NCBI GenBank assembly: GCA_964497285.1
Contig: CAZCDK010000001.1
Span: forward strand, 9,472 to 49,751
Source: an uncultured Anaerolineaceae bacterium
Lineage (GTDB): Bacteria > Chloroflexota > Dehalococcoidia > Tepidiformales > Tepidiformaceae
DNA length: 40,280 bases
Reading direction: 5' to 3'
Positions 22,699 to 30,428 of this stretch are shown here, piece after piece (the stretch's first letter is position 1; every line of letters starts with the position of its first letter). Below the pieces are notes generated by a model. That model had not been told where the DNA came from. It worked only from the letters and a program-made list of their open reading frames with translations, and searched no databases. Both the position numbers and the translations under genes were made by a program.

Positions 22699-25592
22699 CG
22701 CCGCACCTCGACCTTCTCAATCTCGATTGCGACTTCCTTGGGGATGTGGTTCATGGTGTATGAGGCCATGCGGTAGTGAAGCTGGCCATAGTTGCCAACC
22801 ATGTTCGTCGGCTTGATCGGGCTGGCCGCGAGGTCGTTCTGCGTCGCCCAGTTCTTGAACTGGTACCCCTCCCAGGCGTGATAGACGATCGCCGAACCCG
22901 GCTGCACCGACGCCGCCACCTTGGCGAGGAGTTCGACCTTGCCCACATCGTTCCGCAGCCGAATGTAGTCGTTGTCCTTGATGCCGCGGGCGGCGGCGTC
23001 TTGCTCCGAGATGTAGGCGACCGGCTCACCGCGCTGGAGGCGCAGGAGCTGGGTGTTGGCTCGCCAGATGGAGTGCATGCTCCAGCGCGTGTGACCGCCG
23101 GTCATGCGGATCGGGTACTTGCCGCCGGATTGCACCGGTTCCTTGTGCACGAGCATCTCTTCGCCCGCTTCCAGGAACCAGGGGTGGTCGATGTAGAACT
23201 GCTGCCGCCCGGTGAGCGTCGGCCACGGGTTCTTCATGTTCACGAACCAGCCGCACTGGTTCGTGGGCTCGTCTTCGCTGTAATCGTTGTAGACGGAATT
23301 GAAATGCACGGCGAGTGCCGACGGCTGGATCTTCTTGATCTTCACCATGCCCTTCTCGGCCGCCTTGCCCCACGCGCCCTCGCCGAGGCCGCTGTTCCGG
23401 GTGATCGCCGAGTACTGCAGGATGAAGTCAAGTGCCTTCTCCTCGCCCTCCTCACCGATGGGATAGTGCCCGTTTGCGGTGATGTCATCGAAGATTGTCT
23501 GTAGGCTGTGCGCGCCACCGCGGGAGTCCGAGTAGGTCTCGATCCCGCGAGCCTTTGCGCGCTCCTGCAGCTTCTGCGCCAAGAGGAGGGCAATGTCCCA
23601 TTCGTGCTTCGAGTCGTAGAGCGGCGGCACGGCCCGGTCGCCCACAATCACGTAAGGGATGTAGGAACTCGTGTACTTGATGCCCGGCTTCTCGTAGTAG
23701 CCACAGGCCGGGAGGATGTAGTCGGAGTACAGGCCGGAGGTCGACATCCGGAAGTCGCAGGTAACGATGGTGTCCAGGCTCGCCCACAGGCTGTCGCGAA
23801 TGACTCCTGGGTTCGGCCAGCGGCGCAGGGGGTTGGGCCCCGAGAAGTAGAGGAACTTGGGCCGCTTTGGCGGCCGGGGCGACACCGGCTGCCAGTTGCT
23901 TGCCAGCGACTCCTCGATGTAGTCCTTCACCGGCCGGGTCAGCGAGGGGTCGTTATATTCCTGCTTGTGGGCGATAGCACGCCATTTCTCATCATGGGCG
24001 TAGAGCCACGGGATGAGCGGCGACGCGGCGCCCATTCGCCCCATTTGGAACGTCATCTTCGAAAACTCTTGCATTGCGACGCGCTCGACAGGAAGCTCGC
24101 CGGTATCCTCGGTCTGGAGAGCGACCGAAGGCCCAGCACCAAGCCTGCCTCCCATGAGCGAGATCATTGGCGGCGGCCACCACGTCGATACCTTTATTCC
24201 GGACCCGGGCTTGCCACCCGAGTTCCCCGTCAGCGCGCACAGGTAGGCCATCCCACGCTGGAACAGGTCCGAGTGGAAATGCTTGCACGAGCCCCAGGAG
24301 GAGTAGATCATCGCCGACTTCGCCGCCGCGAATTCACGCGCGACCCGGGCGATGTTGTTCTGGTGTACGCCCGTGATCTCGGTGACGCGGTCGAGCGTGT
24401 ATTCGTTGACCCGCTCGCGCATGAGCTCAAAGACGGGCCGGACCTTCACGCGCTTCCCGTCCTTGAGGCGCACCGTATGGACGCCCTCCAGTTCGGGGTC
24501 CACGTCTTCATCGAGCTTGATGGTGGCGCGGGTCGAGCCCCACGTGCCGGGCGCCTCGACCTTCCGGCCGGTGTTCGCGTTCCAGAAGTAGAAGACGCCG
24601 TCGTTCCCGTCCTCCTCGACGTCGGACTGGCGGAGAAACTGCTTCGTGTCGTCGCGTACCAGGAACGGCAGATCGGTCTGTTCCTTCACGTAGTCCGCCT
24701 TGTACAGCTTCTCGTTGATGATCACGTTGATCATGCCGAGGGCGAGGGCGGCATCGGTCGCGTACCGTGGGTTCAGCCAGCGGTCAGCGTGCATCGTCGA
24801 GGCGCTGAAGTCGGGCGAAATAGTGACGATCTTCGCCCCCCGGTAGCGCGCCTCATAGAGGAAATGTGCCTCGGGAACCCTCGTGTAGGAGGGGTTCCCG
24901 ATCCAGATGAGGGCATAGTCGGTGAGGAACCAGTCGTCGGCGGTGCCCTCGCTCATGTAGAGGCCCCAGGCCTGGATCAGCCCCACCGGCAAGTCGCCAA
25001 CGCCAGCGTAGGAGTCGATTGTGCTGGCCCCCAGGCCGTTGCTCAAGAGATGGCTCTCCATCGGCGAGCCGATACCGAAGTCGATGTTTGTCGTGCCGTT
25101 GTCGTAGATGATGCACTCGGGGCCATCCTTGTGGGTGGCCGTGTCGATCAGCTTGTCCGCGATCTCGCTCAGGGCATCGTCCCACGAGAGCCGCTGCCAC
25201 TTCCCCGACCCACGTTCGCCCACGCGCTTCATGGGATACTTGATGCGCGTCGGGTCGTACATCTGCACGGCGTAGACAGACCCGGAAGGGCAGCCGCGCG
25301 GATTGAAGTCGGGCACGTCCTCGAACGCCTTCTCGTAGGTAGCATTTGCTTCTTCGCGCCAGACGATGCCGTCCTTGACGTACGCATCCAGCGAGCATGC
25401 CGAGATGCAGTTCACGCGCGTGTGCGTGACCTTGACCACCTTGTCCCAGGTCCACTCGTCCCGGTACACGTCCTCCCAACCCCGGTACTCGTAGGGCCGG
25501 GAAAGGATCTCGGCGAGATGGGCGCCCGCATCAGCCGGCTTCAACCGGCGCAGCGAAGGAGAAACAGGCGAAGCAGCAGTCATAGTGGCCAC
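22695..25592 (-). CDS. Molybdopterin oxidoreductase catalytic subunit, type II DMSO-reductase family, divergent paralogue alpha4
   Basis: 965 aa. GWEDVYRDEWTWDKVVKVTHTRVNCISAC..NPRGCPSG is very similar to the NarG N-terminus. GDL provides the candidate Asp ligand. RBS AAGGTGG. The N-terminal SLRRLKP is not followed by a hydrophobic h-region. Confidence 0.9.
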   Translation of the reverse strand: MATMTAASPVSPSLRRLKPADAGAHLAEILSRPYEYRGWEDVYRDEWTWDKVVKVTHTRVNCISACSLDAYVKDGIVWREEANATYEKAFEDVPDFNPRGCPSGSVYAVQMYDPTRIKYPMKRVGERGSGKWQRLSWDDALSEIADKLIDTATHKDGPECIIYDNGTTNIDFGIGSPMESHLLSNGLGASTIDSYAGVGDLPVGLIQAWGLYMSEGTADDWFLTDYALIWIGNPSYTRVPEAHFLYEARYRGAKIVTISPDFSASTMHADRWLNPRYATDAALALGMINVIINEKLYKADYVKEQTDLPFLVRDDTKQFLRQSDVEEDGNDGVFYFWNANTGRKVEAPGTWGSTRATIKLDEDVDPELEGVHTVRLKDGKRVKVRPVFELMRERVNEYTLDRVTEITGVHQNNIARVAREFAAAKSAMIYSSWGSCKHFHSDLFQRGMAYLCALTGNSGGKPGSGIKVSTWWPPPMISLMGGRLGAGPSVALQTEDTGELPVERVAMQEFSKMTFQMGRMGAASPLIPWLYAHDEKWRAIAHKQEYNDPSLTRPVKDYIEESLASNWQPVSPRPPKRPKFLYFSGPNPLRRWPNPGVIRDSLWASLDTIVTCDFRMSTSGLYSDYILPACGYYEKPGIKYTSSYIPYVIVGDRAVPPLYDSKHEWDIALLLAQKLQERAKARGIETYSDSRGGAHSLQTIFDDITANGHYPIGEEGEEKALDFILQYSAITRNSGLGEGAWGKAAEKGMVKIKKIQPSALAVHFNSVYNDYSEDEPTNQCGWFVNMKNPWPTLTGRQQFYIDHPWFLEAGEEMLVHKEPVQSGGKYPIRMTGGHTRWSMHSIWRANTQLLRLQRGEPVAYISEQDAAARGIKDNDYIRLRNDVGKVELLAKVAASVQPGSAIVYHAWEGYQFKNWATQNDLAASPIKPTNMVGNYGQLHYRMASYTMNHIPKEVAIEIEKVEVRR

Positions 25593-25649
25593 CTTCGTGA
25601 AACCGTCGCAACGGCATGAGCCGTTTCTTGCCCGGGCGAATGCCGGGGT

Positions 25650-25793
25650 TCAGGACTTCTTGGCAGTCTTGTCCGCGGCCGAGGCGTCCTTCCGCCCCTT
25701 GGCCCCCTTTGCTGCCACCTTCTTCGTCGACGCCGGCGGCTCTTCCGCCTGCGCGAGCTTGGAGAGGTCGAGGTTCAGTGACGGTGCAAACAT
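25650..25793 (-). CDS. Small Lys/Ala-rich protein (47 aa), hypothetical
   Basis: MFAPSLNLDLSKLAQAEEPPASTKKVAAKGAKGRKDASAADKTAKKS. Strong G/C bias at third codon positions, as in the neighbouring genes. AGGAG lies 11 nt upstream of the ATG. It would be the first cistron of the alpha4 operon. Confidence 0.4.
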   Translation of the reverse strand: MFAPSLNLDLSKLAQAEEPPASTKKVAAKGAKGRKDASAADKTAKKS

Positions 25794-25882
25794 CCTTGGT
25801 GATACTCCTGCGGGGATTCGCGAACGTACGCAGCGAGGTGCGATTCGTTTCACGGACGGTACGACCGCGCCGGGCCAGCCTC

Positions 25883-25898
25883 CATGATCTGAATCATA
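25883..25898. promoter_or_regulatory. Palindrome CATGA-TCTGAA-TCATA (candidate Crp/Fnr-type operator, minus-strand promoter)
   Basis: Read directly from the sequence. On the minus strand, TACCGT (TAnnnT; 25861-25856) follows after exactly 21 nt, pointing toward the small ORF and alpha4. Confidence 0.6.
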
Positions 25899-25987
25899 GG
25901 ACGCGTCGACGGGCTCACTCGGAACGGTCTATAGCTCCGTCTCCAACACTGGCCCGACCTGCGGGGGGCATCCCATGTGGGCGGCCC

Positions 25988-26003
25988 TATGATCGCGGTC
26001 ATA
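25988..26003. promoter_or_regulatory. Perfect palindrome TATGA-TCGCGG-TCATA (candidate Crp/Fnr-type operator, plus-strand promoter)
   Basis: Read directly from the sequence. TAGCCT (TAnnnT; 26025-26030) follows after exactly 21 nt. It lies 59 nt upstream of the ACAD ATG at 26062. Confidence 0.65.
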
Positions 26004-26061
26004 CGACCCCACGAGGGGCATCCCTAGCCTGAACATTCATTCTGCACAGGGGTTCCCCCAA

Positions 26062-27267
26062 ATGATCATGACCGACATCGAACTCGATCTGTCGGACCAG
26101 GAACGTCAGATCCGTGACACTGCGCATAAGTTCGCCGAAGAAGTAATGCGCCCAGCCGGCCGCGAACTCGACCTGCTTGCCGATCCGGCTGATGTCATCA
26201 AGAAGGACTCGATCCTCTGGGAGGTCTTCCGCAAGCACCGGGAGATCGGCCTCGCCGACATCGAGACCGAGACTGCGGACCTCAGTCCCGTCGAACGTTC
26301 GCGCCTGCGCGCACTCGTGAGCGAAGAGATGGGCTGGGGCGACTCGGGTCTCGCGATCAGCCTCGGGGTGGCCAACTTCCACAAGACCTTCGCCATGATG
26401 TCGGGCCGGCCGGCGCTCATTCAGCGATACTGCCAGCCGGGCAGTCAGGACATCGGCTGCTGGGCCGTGACCGAACCGGACCACGGCAGCGACACCCTGA
26501 CCGTGACCGAACCGCACTTCAGTGACCCGTCCCTAAGGGCCAACTGCATCGCTCGCAAGGACGGCGACTTCTACGTCATCAACGGACAAAAGTCGGCCTG
26601 GGTCTCCAACGGCACGATCGCGAATGTCGCGGCGCTCTTCTGCACCATCGACGGCGACCAGGGCTTCAAGGGCGGCGGTGTGGCCGTTGTCGATCTCACA
26701 CTCCCGGGCGTTTCCAAGGGCAAGCCCCTGAACAAGCTCGGTCAGCGGGCCCTGAACCAGGGCGAAATCTTCTTCGATGACGTGCGCATCCCGGCCGAGA
26801 ACATGGTGGTCGGCAAGGAGCTCTACGGCCAGGTTGTGGAGGGCATCCTCACCGGGGCAAACGCCGCCATGGGCACGATCTTCATCGGTGTCGCCCGGGC
26901 TGCCTACGAAATGGCCCTGGACTATGCAAAGGACCGCGTCCAGGGCGGCGTCCCGATCATCCAGCACCAGGGCGTCAAGGCCCGGCTCTTCAAGATGTTC
27001 ATGCAGGTCGAGGCCGGGCGCGGCCTGGCGCGGCGCGTGCTCTCCTACAACTCAACGCACCCGGGACTCATTCAGTACTCGATCGCCTCGAAGGTCTTCT
27101 GCACCACGGCCGCCTTCCAGGTCTCAAGCGAAGCACTGCAGATCTTCGGTGGCAATGGGCTGACGAAGGAGTTCATGATCGAGAAGCTCATGCGCGACGC
27201 CCGCGCCTCGATGATCGAGGACGGCTGCAACGAGCTCCTTGGCCTCGTCGGCGCGAGCCGCCTCTAG
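26062..27267 (+). CDS. Acyl-CoA dehydrogenase
   Basis: 401 aa. CWAVTEPDHGSD, FYVINGQKSAWVSNG and a C-terminal QIFGGNGLTKEFMIEKLMRDA are typical ACAD motifs. Confidence 0.9.
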   Translation: MIMTDIELDLSDQERQIRDTAHKFAEEVMRPAGRELDLLADPADVIKKDSILWEVFRKHREIGLADIETETADLSPVERSRLRALVSEEMGWGDSGLAISLGVANFHKTFAMMSGRPALIQRYCQPGSQDIGCWAVTEPDHGSDTLTVTEPHFSDPSLRANCIARKDGDFYVINGQKSAWVSNGTIANVAALFCTIDGDQGFKGGGVAVVDLTLPGVSKGKPLNKLGQRALNQGEIFFDDVRIPAENMVVGKELYGQVVEGILTGANAAMGTIFIGVARAAYEMALDYAKDRVQGGVPIIQHQGVKARLFKMFMQVEAGRGLARRVLSYNSTHPGLIQYSIASKVFCTTAAFQVSSEALQIFGGNGLTKEFMIEKLMRDARASMIEDGCNELLGLVGASRL

Positions 27268-27294
27268 TACCCAAATCTGAAGGAGAAGACCCGA

Positions 27295-28083
27295 ATGGAA
27301 TTGCGCGAAGCCATCGGCCGCCGGAGGTCCATGCGGTTCCTGTTGCCCCACAGGCCAGTGGAGCCTGAAAAGATCCAGCGCATGCTCGAAGCCGCACGGA
27401 TCGCGTCGCATTGGGGAAACGTGCAATCCCTGCGAGCAGTCGTCGTCTTCCGCGACACCGCTCCGAAAGACGTGGTCGATGCGATCGTGGCCCCGATCGC
27501 CGGGTACCAGATCAAGCTGGCCCCCGTCGTCATCGTCTGGTACGTCGACACAAATGCCGTGGACGAACAGAACGACCGGCTTCGTGAGCTGCTGAAGGCT
27601 GGCGCCATGGGCGTGGGCGAAGGCAAGGAAGAGGCGCTCGAGAAGCAGATCATCCCCATCTTCACGAACATCCTTCCCGCCATGAAGCAGCCGGGCCTGA
27701 ACGAGGTAGATTGTGGCCAGGGGATCGCCCAGGCGACCCTCATGGCGTTCGAGCAGGGCCTCGGCACCTGCCTGCTGGGATCGGGCAACGGGGAGAAGAT
27801 TCGCCAGAACCTCGGCCTGCCCGATGGGTGCCGGGTCCTCGTATTGCAGACAGTCGGGTACCCGGCCGAGAGCGAAGAGGCGGGCGGGCAACGCCCCCGC
27901 CAGCCCTTCGAGAAGCTGTTCCACATGAATGGCTACGGGAACCCGTTCCCGCGGTCCGCTCAGGTTGTGGACGAACTCAAGCGCGATAAGATGTTGCAGA
28001 ACCCCGCCCCGCTGCCGCATCGAGAAGCTGAACTCGAATACCTGAAGAACGCGCTCGGCATCAAGGGCCACGGCCTGCTGTAG
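27295..28083 (+). CDS. Nitroreductase-family flavoprotein
   Basis: N-terminal AIGRRRSMRFL FMN motif and ..CGQGIAQATLMAFEQGLGTCLLG core. RBS GAAGGAG. Confidence 0.85.
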   Translation: MELREAIGRRRSMRFLLPHRPVEPEKIQRMLEAARIASHWGNVQSLRAVVVFRDTAPKDVVDAIVAPIAGYQIKLAPVVIVWYVDTNAVDEQNDRLRELLKAGAMGVGEGKEEALEKQIIPIFTNILPAMKQPGLNEVDCGQGIAQATLMAFEQGLGTCLLGSGNGEKIRQNLGLPDGCRVLVLQTVGYPAESEEAGGQRPRQPFEKLFHMNGYGNPFPRSAQVVDELKRDKMLQNPAPLPHREAELEYLKNALGIKGHGLL

Positions 28084-28121
28084 GAAGAGCTCACGGCGGG
28101 ACAAGAAAGGACGATTTCGGA

Positions 28122-29354
28122 ATGAAGATGAAGGCCGTGATTGCCGGAGTGGGGATGACCCGCTTTGGAAAGCATCTCGAGACGGGTCTCAAGGCCCTTG
28201 GCGGCGAGGCCGTCGAGGCCGCAATCAAGGATGCCGGCATCACCAAGGCGGACATCCAGGCCGCCTATGTCGGAAATGCCGCCTCCGGCCTCATCACCGG
28301 CCAGGAGTCCATCCGCGGCCAGGTCGTCCTGCGGTCAGTCGGGATTGGCAAGATCCCGGTCATCAACGTCGAGAACGCCTGTGCGAGCGCCTCCACAGCG
28401 CTGAACCAGGCAGCGGCGATGGTCACCGCCGGCCTGTATGACATCGTCCTCGCCGTCGGCGTGGAGAAGCTCTATCACGAAAACAAGCAGAAGAGCTTCG
28501 CCGCCTTCAGCGGCGCCGTCGACGTCGAGGCGCTGGCGGAGATTATGGCGCGGCTGAAGGCCGGCGCACGCGAAGGCGGCGCCGAGAGAGCATTCTCCGG
28601 TGCCGGTGAAAACCGTTCCATGTTCATGGACATCTACGCCTCCGCCGCCCGAGCGCACATGAAGCGCTGGGGCACGACGGTGCAGCAGTTCGCGCGCATC
28701 TCCGCGAAGAACTCCTTCCACGGCAGCCTGAACCCGCGTGCCCAGTTCCGCGAAGCCCTGACAATCGAGGACGTGCTGGCGTCGCCCATGATTGCCGAGC
28801 CCCTGACGCGGCCGATGTGTTCACCCATCGGGGATGGGGCCGCGGCCGTCATCGTCATGAGCGAGAAGAAGGCCCGCGAGCTCGGGGTCTCGAACCCCAT
28901 CCGCATCGCGACAAGCGTGCTGCATTCGGGCTGGGACCGCAGTACAGAGGAGAACGGCACCGCCGACCTCTGCGCCCAGGAAGCCTTCGCCGAAGCAGGC
29001 GTCGGGCCGAACGACCTCAGCGTGGTCGAGTGCCATGACGCCTCCGCCCCGGCCGAGATCATGGCCTATGAAGCCATCGGATTGTGCGAAAAGGGCGGCG
29101 GCGGCGCACTGGTCGACTCGGGTGCCACCACGCTCGGCGGCCGCGTCCCGGTGAACACGTCGGGTGGCCTGCTGCGAAAGGGCCATCCCGTCGGGGCCAC
29201 AGGCATCGCCCAGATCGTCGAGTTGGCCGAGCAGCTCCAGGGCCGGGCCGGGCCGCGCCAGGTGGAAGGCGCGAAGGTCGCCCTGGCACACAACGGCGGT
29301 GGCAACATCGGATCGGACGCTGCCGCGATGTGCGTGACGATCCTCACGCGCTAG
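28122..29354 (+). CDS. Thiolase-fold protein, SCP-x / lipid-transfer-type (non-acetoacetyl thiolase)
   Basis: VIAGVGMTRFGK, VINVENACASASTALNQA (active-site Cys), ECHDASAPAEI and NTSGGLLRKGHPVGATG are hallmarks of SCP-x-type thiolases. Confidence 0.9.
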   Translation: MKMKAVIAGVGMTRFGKHLETGLKALGGEAVEAAIKDAGITKADIQAAYVGNAASGLITGQESIRGQVVLRSVGIGKIPVINVENACASASTALNQAAAMVTAGLYDIVLAVGVEKLYHENKQKSFAAFSGAVDVEALAEIMARLKAGAREGGAERAFSGAGENRSMFMDIYASAARAHMKRWGTTVQQFARISAKNSFHGSLNPRAQFREALTIEDVLASPMIAEPLTRPMCSPIGDGAAAVIVMSEKKARELGVSNPIRIATSVLHSGWDRSTEENGTADLCAQEAFAEAGVGPNDLSVVECHDASAPAEIMAYEAIGLCEKGGGGALVDSGATTLGGRVPVNTSGGLLRKGHPVGATGIAQIVELAEQLQGRAGPRQVEGAKVALAHNGGGNIGSDAAAMCVTILTR

Positions 29355-29432
29355 CCTCCGGGGCGACAAGGGCTCGCGTGCATCCCATTCGGGCCCTTCG
29401 TCTTTCGCCTGAAGGCCGGGAAGGAGACGCTT

Positions 29433-30428
29433 GTGACTGTTGCTCCATTGCAGCCCATTGAACTGCTCGCCGAAGGGAAGGCGAAGCACCATCCCGTCGA
29501 TCCCGACGGCTTCCGCGAATGGGTGCGCGAGCACAAGAGCCGCGCCATGGTCTCGAAGCTCATGATTGAGAAGGAAGCCGTCGACAAGTTCGTCTCCGAT
29601 GGCGACTACCTCACATACGAGTGCAACTACCTGACCCGCGGGCCGAACGTGGTTCTCAACGAGATCATCCGGCAGCAGAAGAAGAACCTCTGGATCGCCG
29701 GCAAGTTCACGTACGTCGATGTCGGCCTGTTGGTGGGTGCGGGCTGCGTGAGCAAGGTCGACACTGGCTTCTTCCTTTGCACCCCTGGCGTCAAGAAGGC
29801 CATGGCCGACGGCCAACTTGAGGCGTTCGAGTACAGCAACGTCGTCATGTCCATGCGTTTGGAAGCGGGCGCCCAGGGCATCCCGTTCATTCCCATTCGG
29901 TCGTTTGGTGGCACCGATGGCTTCGACTATTCGGGCGCCAAGCTGATTCGTGATCCCTACACTGGCCAGCCCACAGTCATCATCCCCGCCCTGAACCCGG
30001 ATGTGGCGATCATCCACGTGCAACAAGCGGACAAGTTCGGCAATGCCCGCGTGTTTGGCACGGGGATCTCGGACGTACCCGCCGCCCTCGCCTCGCGCAA
30101 GGTGATTGTCTCTGCTGAAGAGATCATCGATACCGACGAGATCCGGTCGAACCCCGGCCTCACGAAAATCCCTTACTGGTGCGTCGATGCGGTGATCGAC
30201 GCACCGTTCGGCGGCTACCCGGGCACAGTTCCGGGGTGGTACTCCTCGGATCCGCCGGCGGTCATGGAGTGTTTTGCCTCGGTGCTCCGCGGCGACGTTC
30301 AGCCGTATCTGGAGAAGTGGATCTTCGGCGTCGGAAGCCACCGCGAGATGCTGGAGAAACACGTCGGCCTGACGAGGCTGCTCGACATGAAGAAGCGCGA
30401 GGTCGTGAAGGAGGGTTTTCGAGGATGA
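29433..30428 (+). CDS. CoA-transferase subunit A (glutaconate CoA-transferase-like, family I)
   Basis: GTG 29433 follows GGAAGGAG. Length, position and overall sequence resemble GctA-type subunits. The stop codon overlaps the subunit B start (ATGA). Confidence 0.8.
   Translation: MTVAPLQPIELLAEGKAKHHPVDPDGFREWVREHKSRAMVSKLMIEKEAVDKFVSDGDYLTYECNYLTRGPNVVLNEIIRQQKKNLWIAGKFTYVDVGLLVGAGCVSKVDTGFFLCTPGVKKAMADGQLEAFEYSNVVMSMRLEAGAQGIPFIPIRSFGGTDGFDYSGAKLIRDPYTGQPTVIIPALNPDVAIIHVQQADKFGNARVFGTGISDVPAALASRKVIVSAEEIIDTDEIRSNPGLTKIPYWCVDAVIDAPFGGYPGTVPGWYSSDPPAVMECFASVLRGDVQPYLEKWIFGVGSHREMLEKHVGLTRLLDMKKREVVKEGFRG

Noticed and set aside
5191-25592. Calling the clusters respiratory nitrate reductase (narGHJI) or nitrite oxidoreductase.
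   Set aside because: The N-termini resemble NarG, but the alphas are about 300 aa shorter than NarG and no NarI-type di-haem membrane subunit is present. The gamma is of the EB_dh type. The genomic context is acyl-CoA catabolism, not nitrogen-oxide transport or reduction. The substrate remains unknown, so no specific enzyme name is assigned.
25536-25592. A functional Tat signal peptide on alpha4 (the SLRRLKP motif).
   Set aside because: The twin arginines are followed by charged residues (K, D, H, E, R), not by a 12-20-residue hydrophobic core, and there is no AxA cleavage motif. I interpret it as a remnant or chaperone-docking peptide (reported as a finding).
25610-25630. Terminator-like hairpin AACGGC-ATGA-GCCGTT followed by TTTCTT on the plus strand.
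   Set aside because: No plus-strand gene ends upstream of it. On the minus strand, which is the coding direction here, it lies between the small ORF and the alpha4 RBS and has no U-tract. A 6-bp stem alone is too weak to call.
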